Shown here piece after piece: positions 40,122 to 49,807 of a stretch of 64,000 nt of DNA (its first letter is position 1; the number at the start of each line of letters is the position of its first letter). Under the pieces are notes generated by a model. That model saw only the letters and a list, made by a program, of their open reading frames with translations, did no database searches and was not told the origin of the DNA. Made by a program: the position numbers and the translations under genes. This stretch comes from an uncultured Mycoplasmatota bacterium (GTDB taxonomy: Bacteria > Bacillota_I > Bacilli_A > RF39 > UBA660): contig CAMJBC010000001.1 in NCBI GenBank assembly GCA_946403755.1, positions 80,735 through 144,734 on the forward strand, in the 5' to 3' direction.

Positions 40122-40640
40122 ATGGATGAAGATATTAAAATAAATAAATGGTCTATTATATTATTTATGATATTTGCTATATTAATAGTTATTTTAATAT
40201 TGGTTATAAATAATCCTTCTACGTCTACTAGACCTCATGTAGGTAGATATACTACAAGTGTACCTATTAGTGATAATAGTAAAAAAATACTTGGAGAATA
40301 TGGTATAAATGCTAATGGTAAAATACAATATGAATTAATACTTAAAAATGATGATACTTTTATTTTATATGTAACTGGTATTAATAAAGTAGCATACACT
40401 GGAAATTACGATAAAGGATTTAATAAATATGTATTAAAGACATTTAAAATATATGATATTAATAAGAATTGTTTTACTAAACATAGATATGAATACTTAT
40501 TAAAACCAAGCAATAAAACATTAGTAACTAGTGAAATTACTGATAGTGAAATAGCATTTATTAAGTATGATGATAATATAACTAAATATGATAAAGAAAT
40601 ATCATCAATATATTTAGAATGTGGTTCTTTAAATGATTAA
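40122..40640 (+). CDS. Hypothetical membrane-anchored protein
   Basis: AGGATGA RBS-like sequence. N-terminal TM (WSIILFMIFAILIVILILVI). No known domain. Confidence 0.5.
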   Translation: MDEDIKINKWSIILFMIFAILIVILILVINNPSTSTRPHVGRYTTSVPISDNSKKILGEYGINANGKIQYELILKNDDTFILYVTGINKVAYTGNYDKGFNKYVLKTFKIYDINKNCFTKHRYEYLLKPSNKTLVTSEITDSEIAFIKYDDNITKYDKEISSIYLECGSLND

Positions 40641-40709
40641 TTAAGACATTGGCATAGTAAAGTTTTGTCAATGTTCTTTTTATTTAAAGGAGAATATTAT
40701 ATAATTAGT

Positions 40710-41624
40710 ATGGGTAATAATATGGTAGAAATTAATAATAAAGAATATTTAGATGATTTTATAAACTATTTAAATATTGATAAAAATTATTCTAAAAATA
40801 CTATTGAATCTTATATAAGAGACTTAAGATTCTTTTTAGAATATGTAAATAAAGATATTGAAGAAATTTCTAAAAAAGATATAGATAATTATATATTACA
40901 TATATTTAAAACATATAATGAAAGTTCTATTAATAGAATAATAGCTAGTATTAAGAGTTTTTATAAATATTTATCTATGTATAAAGGATTAGTTAATATT
41001 AGTGAAGATGTAGAAAGTCTAAAAAGAAAGAAAACTCTTCCTAATTATTTAAGTATTAGTGAAGTAGATAAATTATTAGATATTAAACTTGAAACTCCAT
41101 TTGATTATAGAAATAAAGCTATATTAGAATTATTATATGCTAGTGGCTTAAGAGCTACAGAATTAGTTAGTTTAGATATTGATAATATAGATACAGTTAA
41201 TATGGTAGTTAGAGTATTTGGTAAAGGAAGTAAAGAAAGAATAGTTCCTTTATCAAAAATAGCAGTTAATTATTTAGATTTATATATTAATACTTATAGA
41301 GAATTAATGTTTGTTAAAAATCAGAAACCTACTAATGCATTATTTTTAAATAATCATGGTAAGAGAATGACTAGAGTTGGATTATATAAAATGATTGGTG
41401 AAATAGCTATAAAACAAGGTATTAAAAAAGAAATAACACCACATGTACTTAGACATAGTTTTGCAACACATATGATTGAATGTGGTGCTGATATAAGAAG
41501 TGTTCAAGAATTACTTGGACATGAAAATGTAGTTACTACTGAAATATATACTCATTTAGCTAATAATTTTATTAAAGATAGTTATAATGAGTACTTTAAT
41601 AGAAGTAGTAAAGGAAGTGATTAA
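40710..41624 (+). CDS. xerD: Tyrosine recombinase XerD/XerC (chromosome dimer resolution)
   Basis: N-terminal SAM-like core-binding domain (NTIESYIRDLRFF). Catalytic ELLYASGLRATEL, HVLRHSFATHM and LLGHENVVTTEIYTH. Immediately followed by deoB, as ripX-drm is in Bacillus. The start is ambiguous between 40710 and 40722. Confidence 0.85.
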   Translation: MGNNMVEINNKEYLDDFINYLNIDKNYSKNTIESYIRDLRFFLEYVNKDIEEISKKDIDNYILHIFKTYNESSINRIIASIKSFYKYLSMYKGLVNISEDVESLKRKKTLPNYLSISEVDKLLDIKLETPFDYRNKAILELLYASGLRATELVSLDIDNIDTVNMVVRVFGKGSKERIVPLSKIAVNYLDLYINTYRELMFVKNQKPTNALFLNNHGKRMTRVGLYKMIGEIAIKQGIKKEITPHVLRHSFATHMIECGADIRSVQELLGHENVVTTEIYTHLANNFIKDSYNEYFNRSSKGSD

Positions 41625-41625
41625 T

Positions 41626-42783
41626 ATGTTTAAAAGAATATTTTTAATAGTAATGGATGGTTGTGGAATAGGAGAAGCTCCAGATGCGAAAGATTTTGGT
41701 GATAAAGGAGCTAATACATTATTACATACAATAGGAAGTGCATATAATTTAGATGTTTTAGAAAGACTTGGCCTTACAACATTATTAGGATGCGAAGTAC
41801 CTGAAAAAAGAGGTATGTATATGAGAGTACATCCTAGTGCTAAGGCTAAAGATTCATTAAATGGACATTATGAATTAATGGGAGCTATAATGAAGCAACC
41901 ATATAAAACATATCCTGAAGGATTTCCTCAAGAATTAATTAATAGAATACAAGAATCTACTGGATATGATGTAATTGGAAATATTTGTGGTGATGGGCAT
42001 GAAATAATAAATGAACTTGGTGAAATGCAAATGAAAACTGGTTCAATTATTATATATACAAGTGCAGATAGTGTACTTCAAGTAGCAGCTCATGAAGATA
42101 TAGTTCCTCTTGAAACATTATATAAAATATGTGAAAAGATAAGTGTTATTTCTTCTAGTAGTGAATTTAGTGTATCTAGAGTTATAGCAAGACCTTTTTA
42201 TGGAAAACTAGGAGATTTTTCAAGAGATGATTCTAAAAGAAGAGATTATACTTTAGATCCACCTATTAATGTACTTGATTTACTTGAAAGAAATAATATT
42301 AATACAGTTGGTATTGGTAAAATACCTGATTTATTTAATGGAAAAGGGTTTAATGTTAAAATTAGAACTAAAGATAATATAGATACTATTATGAAAATAG
42401 TAGATTTTTCTAAGGGTAATTTTGAAGGATTCTTATTTGCTAATTTAAATGATTTTGATACTTTATATGGTCATAGAAGAGATCCTAAAGGTTTTTTAGA
42501 AGCTTTAGAAGAATTTAATTATTATTTACCAATAATACTTAAAAATCTTAAAAAAGATGATCTATTAATCATTACAGCTGATCATGGAAATGATCCTACA
42601 TTTAAAGGTAGTGATCATACTAGAGAAGATGTTCCTGTATTAATATATAGTCCATTATTTAAAAAGAGTAAACATATTGATGATAGAGATTCTCTTTCTG
42701 ATGTTGGAGCTACTGTATTAGATGGATTTAATATTAAAAATGATTTAGGTGTTGGCAAAAGTATATTTGATGAGTTAAGATAA
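41626..42783 (+). CDS. deoB: Phosphopentomutase
   Basis: FLIVMDGCGIGEAPDA, GHYELMG, NDFDTLYGHRRD and TADHGNDPT motifs. Confidence 0.93.
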   Translation: MFKRIFLIVMDGCGIGEAPDAKDFGDKGANTLLHTIGSAYNLDVLERLGLTTLLGCEVPEKRGMYMRVHPSAKAKDSLNGHYELMGAIMKQPYKTYPEGFPQELINRIQESTGYDVIGNICGDGHEIINELGEMQMKTGSIIIYTSADSVLQVAAHEDIVPLETLYKICEKISVISSSSEFSVSRVIARPFYGKLGDFSRDDSKRRDYTLDPPINVLDLLERNNINTVGIGKIPDLFNGKGFNVKIRTKDNIDTIMKIVDFSKGNFEGFLFANLNDFDTLYGHRRDPKGFLEALEEFNYYLPIILKNLKKDDLLIITADHGNDPTFKGSDHTREDVPVLIYSPLFKKSKHIDDRDSLSDVGATVLDGFNIKNDLGVGKSIFDELR

Positions 42784-42787
42784 ATGT

Positions 42788-43957
42788 ATGAAAATTAATG
42801 ATGAATATAAAATAGTTATTGATAATGAAGATTATATAGGAAATGGTGTAACAAGAATTAATAATTTTGTTACATTTATTTTGAATGGTTTAAAAGGTGA
42901 AATAGTTAGAGTTAAAATAATATATATTCATAAAAGATTTGCAATAGCAGAAATCATAGAACAAATTACTTCTTCAAAATATAGAATAGAACCTATATGT
43001 AATAATTATAATAAATGTGGTGGATGTAATTTTTTACATACTACATTAGAAAATGAAATAAATATTAAAAAAGAATATTTAGAAAGATTATTTAATAGAA
43101 AAATAGATTACTATCAATCTAAAAATGAATATAATTATAGAAATAAAGTAGTATTACATGTTTTAGAAGGCAAATTAGGCTATTTTAACGATAAAACACA
43201 TGATATATGTGAATTTGATAGTTGTAAGTTATTAAACCCTAAAATTAACTCTAAAATAAGTGATTTAAAAAAATATAATTTAAATGGTATAAATGAAATA
43301 TTAATTAGATGCATTAATAATGAAATAATGATTAATATATCTGGTAATATTAAAGATAATAAATTAAAAGATATAGATTGTGATTCATTATATATAAATA
43401 ACAATTATACAAAAGGTAAAGAATACTTAATAGATGAAATAAATAATTTAAAATTTAGTATATATCCTAATAGCTTTTATCAAGTAAATAGAGAAGTTAT
43501 GTCAAAAATATATGATAAAGCTAAAGAATATGCAGGTAGAGGAAATAATCTTTTAGATTTATATTGTGGTACTGGAACTATTGGTATATGGATGAGTGAT
43601 AACTATAAAAATATAACTGGAGTAGAAATAAATAAAGATTCTATTAAGAATGCTAATATTAATAAAAAATTAAATAATTTAAAAAATATTAATTTTATAT
43701 GTGGAGATGCTAAAATAGCTAAAGGAAATTATGATACAATAATAGTAGATCCGCCAAGAAATGGATTATCTAATAATGTAATAGATTTCTTAAACAAATC
43801 TAATTCTGATAAAATAATATATATATCATGCAATCCTAAAACATTACAAAGAGATATAGAATTATTAAATAAATATGAATTAAAGAATATTAGTGCATAT
43901 TCTATGTTTCCTAGAACAAAACACATTGAATGTGTTACATTACTTGAGAGGAGATAA
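42788..43957 (+). CDS. rlmCD: 23S rRNA (uracil-C5)-methyltransferase, RumA/RlmCD family
   Basis: N-terminal TRAM-like domain, Fe-S Cys cluster C..(6)..CGGCNFLH, SAM motif DLYCGTG, DPPRNG, and the catalytic Cys in ISCNPKTL. Confidence 0.85.
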   Translation: MKINDEYKIVIDNEDYIGNGVTRINNFVTFILNGLKGEIVRVKIIYIHKRFAIAEIIEQITSSKYRIEPICNNYNKCGGCNFLHTTLENEINIKKEYLERLFNRKIDYYQSKNEYNYRNKVVLHVLEGKLGYFNDKTHDICEFDSCKLLNPKINSKISDLKKYNLNGINEILIRCINNEIMINISGNIKDNKLKDIDCDSLYINNNYTKGKEYLIDEINNLKFSIYPNSFYQVNREVMSKIYDKAKEYAGRGNNLLDLYCGTGTIGIWMSDNYKNITGVEINKDSIKNANINKKLNNLKNINFICGDAKIAKGNYDTIIVDPPRNGLSNNVIDFLNKSNSDKIIYISCNPKTLQRDIELLNKYELKNISAYSMFPRTKHIECVTLLERR

Positions 43958-43959
43958 TT

Positions 43960-44151
43960 ATGAAAAAAGATAAAAAGAAAGATAAAAACGAAAGTAATGG
44001 AATCGCTATAGGTATGTGTATAGGAATAAGTATAGGAACTGCTGTGGGTGCTGCTACAAATAATTTTGGTCTTTGGATACCAATTGGACTTTGTATAGGA
44101 TTATGTTTAGGTCTATCATTCTCAGGTGATAAAAAGGATAATAAAAAGTAA
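43960..44151 (+). CDS. Small glycine-zipper membrane protein
   Basis: 63 aa with Lys-rich ends and a GIAIGMCIGISIGTAVGAA...GLCIGLCLGL core. GGAG RBS. Confidence 0.5.
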   Translation: MKKDKKKDKNESNGIAIGMCIGISIGTAVGAATNNFGLWIPIGLCIGLCLGLSFSGDKKDNKK

Positions 44152-44177
44152 TATATTATTTGAAAGGAAATGGCATT

Positions 44178-44726
44178 ATGTCATATGATGAATATTTAGA
44201 TTTATTTATATTAGCTCAAAAAAATACTGATGCAATGTATTATGTAGTTTCTTTTGATACTGTTAATAGTAAATTATTATCAAAAGATAAACGAGAAGCA
44301 TTAAAAAATAATATTTTTTCAATAGTTAAATATGTTTATGAGAAACTACTTCAAAAAGAAAAAGAATTAAATAGACAAGTAGTCATACATGATGAAAGAT
44401 TTTATACTCCCTGGAGTAACGAAGCCTTAGTTTCATTAAATCATAATTATTTAGATCCATCGATATTTGGAGATAATTTTGCATTTACTATTTTTAGAGA
44501 TACAGTTTCAAAAGATGAGATTGTTGAATGGGTTAATGAATGTAAAAGAAAATTGAACATGGAAGAAGAATTTCATATAGCAGATGGTTATTATGAAACA
44601 AATAATTATGGAGAAGGAGGCTCTAAACTGTATAGAGGATATTGTCTTCAAATATTAGAAAGATTTCATAAACCTGAGCTACAATTAAGATTTAAAAGAG
44701 TGCAAAAAAGACTAGAGAGGAAATAA
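44178..44726 (+). CDS. Hypothetical cytoplasmic protein (weak SatD-like resemblance)
   Basis: The patterns YYVVSFDTVNSKLLS..KREAL and GDNFAF loosely resemble SatD-family proteins. This rests on recall only. Confidence 0.3.
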   Translation: MSYDEYLDLFILAQKNTDAMYYVVSFDTVNSKLLSKDKREALKNNIFSIVKYVYEKLLQKEKELNRQVVIHDERFYTPWSNEALVSLNHNYLDPSIFGDNFAFTIFRDTVSKDEIVEWVNECKRKLNMEEEFHIADGYYETNNYGEGGSKLYRGYCLQILERFHKPELQLRFKRVQKRLERK

Positions 44727-44729
44727 TAA

Positions 44730-45353
44730 ATGACTAAAAAAAGGAAAATAATTGATATATTTATAATAGTTCTATTTATATTAATTGGAGTAGGGTTATT
44801 TGGATATACTGGATATGTAGCATATAAAAGTATAACTGATACTCCAACTAAAACTAAGGAATTAATATCTTTAGATTTATATGGGTATAAATTAAGTGAT
44901 AAAGATACAGAATTATTTAGTAATACTTTTAAAGATTTAGAAATAGTTTTAAATGAAGATACTATTGATTATAGTAAATATGCTGAATTATTATCTAAAT
45001 TATTTGTGATAGATGTATTTACTCTTAATAATAAACTTGCTAGTACTGATATAGGTGGTTTAGATTATTTACATAAAGATTTAAAAGAAAACTTTAAAGA
45101 AAATATGGGAGCAACGTTATATAAAAACGTAGAAAATAATTTAGATGGTACTAGGACACAAAAATTACCTGAAGTAAGTAGTATTAGTGTTACTAGTATT
45201 GAAGAAACTAAATATACTTATGAAAATGAAGAATATGATGGATATAATGTATCATTATCTTGGGAATATGTAGAAGATTTAGGTTATGAAAAATCAATTA
45301 AATTAACTTTAATAAAAGATAATGGTAAATTATATGTAGTTAAAGGATTATAA
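44730..45353 (+). CDS. Hypothetical membrane-anchored protein
   Basis: N-terminal TM (IIDIFIIVLFILIGVGLFGYTGYVAY), then an extracytoplasmic domain with no known motif. Confidence 0.5.
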   Translation: MTKKRKIIDIFIIVLFILIGVGLFGYTGYVAYKSITDTPTKTKELISLDLYGYKLSDKDTELFSNTFKDLEIVLNEDTIDYSKYAELLSKLFVIDVFTLNNKLASTDIGGLDYLHKDLKENFKENMGATLYKNVENNLDGTRTQKLPEVSSISVTSIEETKYTYENEEYDGYNVSLSWEYVEDLGYEKSIKLTLIKDNGKLYVVKGL

Positions 45354-45354
45354 A

Positions 45355-45387
45355 ATAAAAAATTCAAGTTAATCTTGAATTTTTTTA
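45355..45387. terminator. Bidirectional terminator
   Basis: AATTCAAG-ttaat-CTTGAATT stem flanked by an A-run and a T-run. Confidence 0.7.
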
Positions 45388-47616
45388 TTCAGTTATTTCT
45401 TCAGTTTTCTTTTTAACATAAATGGTTAATGTATTAACCATACTTAATATTGTATCTTTATGTTCTTTTTGTTTTACAAAAGTATAATTAGCCCAATCAT
45501 CTATAGATACATCTTGTCCTGTAGCACTATCTATAAATCTAAGTTTTAAATTATGTTCAGATGCATAATTTCTTATGCTAGAAACAGATAACCCTGACAT
45601 ACTTTTTAGAGTAGGGATAGATGAAGCAGAATAACTACCTTGTCCTATTATTTTATCTTTATAAGGATTATTTAAATCAAAAGATATTTTCTTTGATCCA
45701 CTAGCACTAGTATTTTTTAAATTAGCTTTTATTTCTTTTTTAATATCATTTATACTTCCTTGATAAGGGAATGTAACTGATGGATAACTCTTTGATTGTG
45801 GTTCATATATCTTTTTATAGTAGCCACTTAGTTGCATTCTTTGAATATTAACTATATTCATATTATCTGATATCATTATTGATTTAGCTAAATTATATAA
45901 TTGTAATAAATCTTTTGCTTTAATATTTGTTTGAAAATTAGATTTAACTTTATCTAATATAGCAACTACATCATTAGGATTATCTATTTTAGTAGCAGCT
46001 TTAACTATACCAACAATAACTTTCATTTGATTTCTACCTCTAGTATAGTCGTTTCTTGCTCCTTTAGTCCAAGTAGGACAATATTTAGCCATTGTTTTAC
46101 CAGTTTTACTTCCATCATTAGGTTTATGTCTATTTCTTGCAAAGGCTAGGGCTTGTTCACCATTTAAATGTTGTAATCCTTTTTCTATATATTGTGTATT
46201 TTGTCCCCATTTTCTAGAACTATTTTGCTCACAAATAGAGTATTCTACGTCTACATCAATTCCATCTACAGCATCAACTAATTGAACAACTCCTTTAAAA
46301 TTAACTTTGGCATAATAATCTATATTTACTCCAAACATATTTTCTATTGTTTGAACAGCACAACTAGATGAACTTCCCCAAGTAGTAGTATTAATTCTTC
46401 TATATGTACCTCCAGAACAAGCAGTTCTTAAATACATATCACGAGGAACAGAGGTTAGGGTAGCTCTTAGTGTTTTAGGATTAAATGTTGCTAGTAATAA
46501 TACATCAGCATTATATCCAGAAGTAACACCATTTTTAGAAGAATCTACACCAATTAATAAAATACTAAATGGTTTATTTAATGAAGCTCCTTCACTTTTA
46601 ATATCTTCTTCAGTATTTTCATATTCTTTACTTTCTTCATAAAGAACTTTTGTATCATATTCTATATCTTCAAATCCTTCTAAAGAATAAAACATATCTA
46701 TATAATTACTACTAAAAAATGCAGCATCTATTTCATTATTTTTAATACCATATAATTCCTCTAATGTAGAATCATATACAACTATTTCATTATTATCCTC
46801 TAATAATAGTTTTTCAATTATTTCTTTAGCTAATACATTCCCTTCATAATCATCCTTATCATTAGTAATACCTATTTTTTTATTTACTAAGTCAGTATAT
46901 GAATTTAATGATAAATTATAAGTCACTAAAGAAGATGATTTTAAATATTTATTATCACTAAAATCATCAATAGAAGTATATATTTTATTTAAATAATAGA
47001 ATAGAGTACCTTCTATTAATATAATCATTAATGAAAGAATAAATGGTATTATAAATGTTATAAATTTCCTTTTAAGACTTCTAAATAATAAATAAGTAAA
47101 AAACAAAAATAAATATACAGTAATAGCAATACCAAGTATTCTAAGTAATGTTTCAGCACCTTCATATAAAATAATAGAATAAGTATCTAAAATAGATCCA
47201 GCAAGCAATAATAAAGAAGTTATAATAATAAAAATTAATCTAAATACTTTAATTTTAGGTTTAACTTGTTTAATTTCTTCTTTAATTTCTTCAACTGTTT
47301 CGGTAATAGGTTCAGTATTTTCAATTATTGGTTCTGTTAAAGGTTCAGTTGCTTCAACTACAACTATTTCTTTAACTTCTTCAATAATTGGTTCTGTTAC
47401 AATTTCTATTTGTTTTATTTCTTTTTTAGGTTGTTGTTTAACTTGTTTTTTCTTTTTATTTTGATAATTCTTTTTATAATACTTTTTCTTTGATTGCTTT
47501 TTATTACTAGGTACTTGCTTATGTGGTTTTTGAGCATTATTTTGCTTAGTATTTTGTTGTTTTTTAGTTTGAGTTTGATTATTATTTGTTTTTTTCTTCT
47601 TTTTGTTTTTACTCAT
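45385..47616 (-). CDS. LytR-CpsA-Psr (LCP) family cell-wall polymer transferase with a long Lys/Gln-rich N-terminal tail and extra domains
   Basis: LCP core FSILLIGVDS....G.NADVLLLATFNP......TSVPRD and LNGEQALAFARNRH. The first 120 aa are K/Q/N-rich, followed by EPI(I/T)E repeats. Several TMs lie between residues 125 and 220 or so. Confidence 0.85.
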   Translation of the reverse strand: MSKNKKKKKTNNNQTQTKKQQNTKQNNAQKPHKQVPSNKKQSKKKYYKKNYQNKKKKQVKQQPKKEIKQIEIVTEPIIEEVKEIVVVEATEPLTEPIIENTEPITETVEEIKEEIKQVKPKIKVFRLIFIIITSLLLLAGSILDTYSIILYEGAETLLRILGIAITVYLFLFFTYLLFRSLKRKFITFIIPFILSLMIILIEGTLFYYLNKIYTSIDDFSDNKYLKSSSLVTYNLSLNSYTDLVNKKIGITNDKDDYEGNVLAKEIIEKLLLEDNNEIVVYDSTLEELYGIKNNEIDAAFFSSNYIDMFYSLEGFEDIEYDTKVLYEESKEYENTEEDIKSEGASLNKPFSILLIGVDSSKNGVTSGYNADVLLLATFNPKTLRATLTSVPRDMYLRTACSGGTYRRINTTTWGSSSSCAVQTIENMFGVNIDYYAKVNFKGVVQLVDAVDGIDVDVEYSICEQNSSRKWGQNTQYIEKGLQHLNGEQALAFARNRHKPNDGSKTGKTMAKYCPTWTKGARNDYTRGRNQMKVIVGIVKAATKIDNPNDVVAILDKVKSNFQTNIKAKDLLQLYNLAKSIMISDNMNIVNIQRMQLSGYYKKIYEPQSKSYPSVTFPYQGSINDIKKEIKANLKNTSASGSKKISFDLNNPYKDKIIGQGSYSASSIPTLKSMSGLSVSSIRNYASEHNLKLRFIDSATGQDVSIDDWANYTFVKQKEHKDTILSMVNTLTIYVKKKTEEITE

Positions 47617-47753
47617 TTTATAGCCTCCACATATATTTATGTAAATGTTTATATATTACAAATAATATTATATATGATATTGGTGGAAATTTAAAGTAAA
47701 TTATGATAAAATTTACTTATACAATTTTTATAAATTATATGGAGTAGGGCAAT

Positions 47754-48224
47754 ATGAAAGGAACAATTTGTATATATTATAGTAGAAGTGGAAATACTGA
47801 AGAAATAGCTAAATACGTAAATAATAAACTAAATAGTGAATTATTATGCATTAGTGATGGTATTAATAGAGAAGGTACTAAAATGTATCTTAAATCAGGA
47901 TATGAATCAATGAAAGGCATTCTTCCTAAATTAAAAAGTTTTGGAATGCATAAAAAATTAGAGGATTATCGTAATGTAATAATATGTTCTCCAATATGGG
48001 CATGGAATATATGTCCTGTTATAAGGTCATTTTTAAGCACATATGGGAAGAAAATCAAAGGGAAAACATATTTTATAATTACCCATGATTCTAAGTCAAA
48101 ATATGATAAAAAAATAAATAAATTAGATGAATATTTATTAAACAAACATATAGCACATTTATCAATTTGTAATAGAAATAAAAATAATGAAGAAATAGAT
48201 AGTTTTATTAAAAATATAAAGTAG
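47754..48224 (+). CDS. Flavodoxin-like protein
   Basis: ICIYYSRSGNTEEIAKYV is an FMN phosphate-binding loop. Its 156 aa is a typical short flavodoxin-like size. Confidence 0.65.
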   Translation: MKGTICIYYSRSGNTEEIAKYVNNKLNSELLCISDGINREGTKMYLKSGYESMKGILPKLKSFGMHKKLEDYRNVIICSPIWAWNICPVIRSFLSTYGKKIKGKTYFIITHDSKSKYDKKINKLDEYLLNKHIAHLSICNRNKNNEEIDSFIKNIK

Positions 48225-48233
48225 GGTGATATT

Positions 48234-48557
48234 ATGTTTTTTTTCAAAAAGAAAAAGGAAAGTGAGTGTAAACCTGTAGAGGGTGGGGAATTTAGAGTTT
48301 CTTATGTATCTGATGGACAAGAGATTTATTTTACTCATGTTCACATAGATTCAAGAGATGAAGACTTTGATGATTTATATATTCCTAAAAAAGATGGTTA
48401 TAATTTTGATGGTTGGTACTTCGATTCAACCTATCAAAACAAAGTAGGGGTAGTGAATTCTAAAGATCTACCAAGGACCCCTATTTATGATCAAAATAAT
48501 TGTCATATTGGTTATAAAGATATAACATTATATGCTAAATGGATTAAAAATGAATAA
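48234..48557 (+). CDS. Small protein with a single Flg_new/Listeria-Bacteroides repeat, no signal peptide
   Basis: F.V.Y..DG......H..........P.KDGYNFDGWY.D......V...........LYAKW matches the repeat type seen in the pilin at 1552-3612. Confidence 0.55.
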   Translation: MFFFKKKKESECKPVEGGEFRVSYVSDGQEIYFTHVHIDSRDEDFDDLYIPKKDGYNFDGWYFDSTYQNKVGVVNSKDLPRTPIYDQNNCHIGYKDITLYAKWIKNE

Positions 48558-48580
48558 AAGTTACAATTTGTAACTTTTTT
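48557..48580 (+). terminator. Rho-independent terminator
   Basis: AGTTACA-att-TGTAACT stem followed by T6. Confidence 0.7.
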
Positions 48581-48775
48581 ATTTCTGTAATTTGCATCGA
48601 CATTAAAAAAGATGAATAATCCTATCACTTCACTTAAAAATTAAAATTTCTAATTTGCATCGAGAATCAAAAAAGTGATCAATCTATCATCTTACTACAA
48701 AATCATATTTTTCTAATTTGCATCGAGATATCAAAAGATAGGTAATTATCCAACTCATAGCAAACTTTTGTTTTG
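48581..48775. repeat. Three degenerate direct tandem repeats of about 64 bp with a conserved core TTCT(G)TAATTTGCATCGA(G/C)
   Basis: Cores lie at 48583-48600, 48648-48664 and 48711-48727 (spacing 65 and 63 bp). Each is followed by an A-rich block (A(T/A)TCAAAAAAG) and a weakly conserved ATC.TATCA tail. Confidence 0.8.
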
Positions 48776-49007
48776 TACATATTACTATATAATATAATAA
48801 TGATATATACATTATAATAAATATATAAAATATTTAAATTCAAATATTATATATTATATAATTCATATTTATTTAATAATTGTAATAACAGAGTAATAAT
48901 GTATTAAAACAAATAAAAACCTATATATTTTTATATATAGATTTATATTTTATAACATAGAAGTTAACATAACATATATTATAGGAAGTACGTTCTAGAT
49001 TGATATT

Positions 49008-49775
49008 TTAAACTTTTCTAGATTGTATTTCAGCCATTTTATTTAATACTTCTGATGCATTCTCTTTTGTTATCTCAGTATATCCTAATTCTTTTAATGC
49101 TTGGATCTTAAATGTATTTAATTGTTGTGTTCTTGATAATTTTTCTTCTTTATCATTTTCAATTTCTTGTTCAAATCTAGCATGTGATTCAACTAATTTA
49201 GATTTAGATGCACCACCATTGTTATATAAATTAAATGCTGTGAATACTATACTTTCTAATATAAATTGTTTAGTATCATTAAACTTAAATTCATTTGGAT
49301 TAGTAAAACCACACTTCTTTGATAAATATGCAAATAAATATTTAATTTCTTGTACATTATCAAGTGATTGTAATACATGATACAAATATAAGAAAATCCA
49401 ATATGTTTCTTTTGTTTTTTCTTCAGTAAATTTCTCTTTAATTAAGAATACTATATCATTTAATAATTCTTGTTCTTCTTTAGTTAGATTTTTATAATTG
49501 AATGATTGACTATTCATATCTCTAACATTTTGATTCAATCTAGCTTCAACATTTTCTAAATATTCACTTGTTATTTTAATATTTTTAATAGCATCATCAC
49601 TGCCATCTTCAATATCTAATAATTTTAATAATAAAATACGTTTTTCTTGAGGCCATTTACTTAAAGAATCAAATTCTAGATAATTATATATCATTTGTCT
49701 AGAAACTCCTAAATATTTGGCTAATTTTACCTTTGATATACCTATTTCACTTAATAAATTGTTTAATTCTTTCAT
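49008..49775 (-). CDS. XRE-family helix-turn-helix protein with an unknown 190-aa C-terminal domain
   Basis: N-terminal LSEIGISKVKLAKYLGVSRQMIYNYLE is an HTH_3-like motif. GGAGAG RBS. The rest is unrecognised. Confidence 0.65.
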   Translation of the reverse strand: MKELNNLLSEIGISKVKLAKYLGVSRQMIYNYLEFDSLSKWPQEKRILLLKLLDIEDGSDDAIKNIKITSEYLENVEARLNQNVRDMNSQSFNYKNLTKEEQELLNDIVFLIKEKFTEEKTKETYWIFLYLYHVLQSLDNVQEIKYLFAYLSKKCGFTNPNEFKFNDTKQFILESIVFTAFNLYNNGGASKSKLVESHARFEQEIENDKEEKLSRTQQLNTFKIQALKELGYTEITKENASEVLNKMAEIQSRKV

Positions 49776-49807
49776 ACCCTACTCTCCTTAATGTTCTATC
49801 TTTCTTG

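Noticed and set aside
40710-41624. A tyrosine recombinase as a marker of a prophage or integrative element.
   Set aside because: The sequence has the XerC/D-type N-terminal domain and motifs. It sits directly upstream of deoB, as ripX/xerD does in Bacillus. No att-like repeats, excisionase or phage genes flank it.
47494-48344. Short ORFs 47494-47694 (+), 47966-48247 (-) and 48162-48344 (-).
   Set aside because: They overlap or run antisense to the LCP, flavodoxin-like and Flg_new genes. They have hydrophobic or low-complexity translations and no RBS.
48590-48727. ATTTGCAT, identical to the eukaryotic octamer (Oct-1) motif and repeated three times, as a hint of eukaryotic or contaminant DNA.
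   Set aside because: The surrounding genes are unambiguously bacterial, with RBSs and rho-independent terminators. An 8-mer match in AT-rich DNA is coincidental.
48581-48775. Possible mini-CRISPR array: period of about 64 bp, a conserved core of about 28 nt and three units.
   Set aside because: The inter-core 'spacers' are homologous to each other (AATCCTATCACTTCACT versus AATCTATCATCTTACT). The whole unit is therefore a diverged tandem repeat rather than repeat plus unique spacer. No cas genes or leader are in the window.
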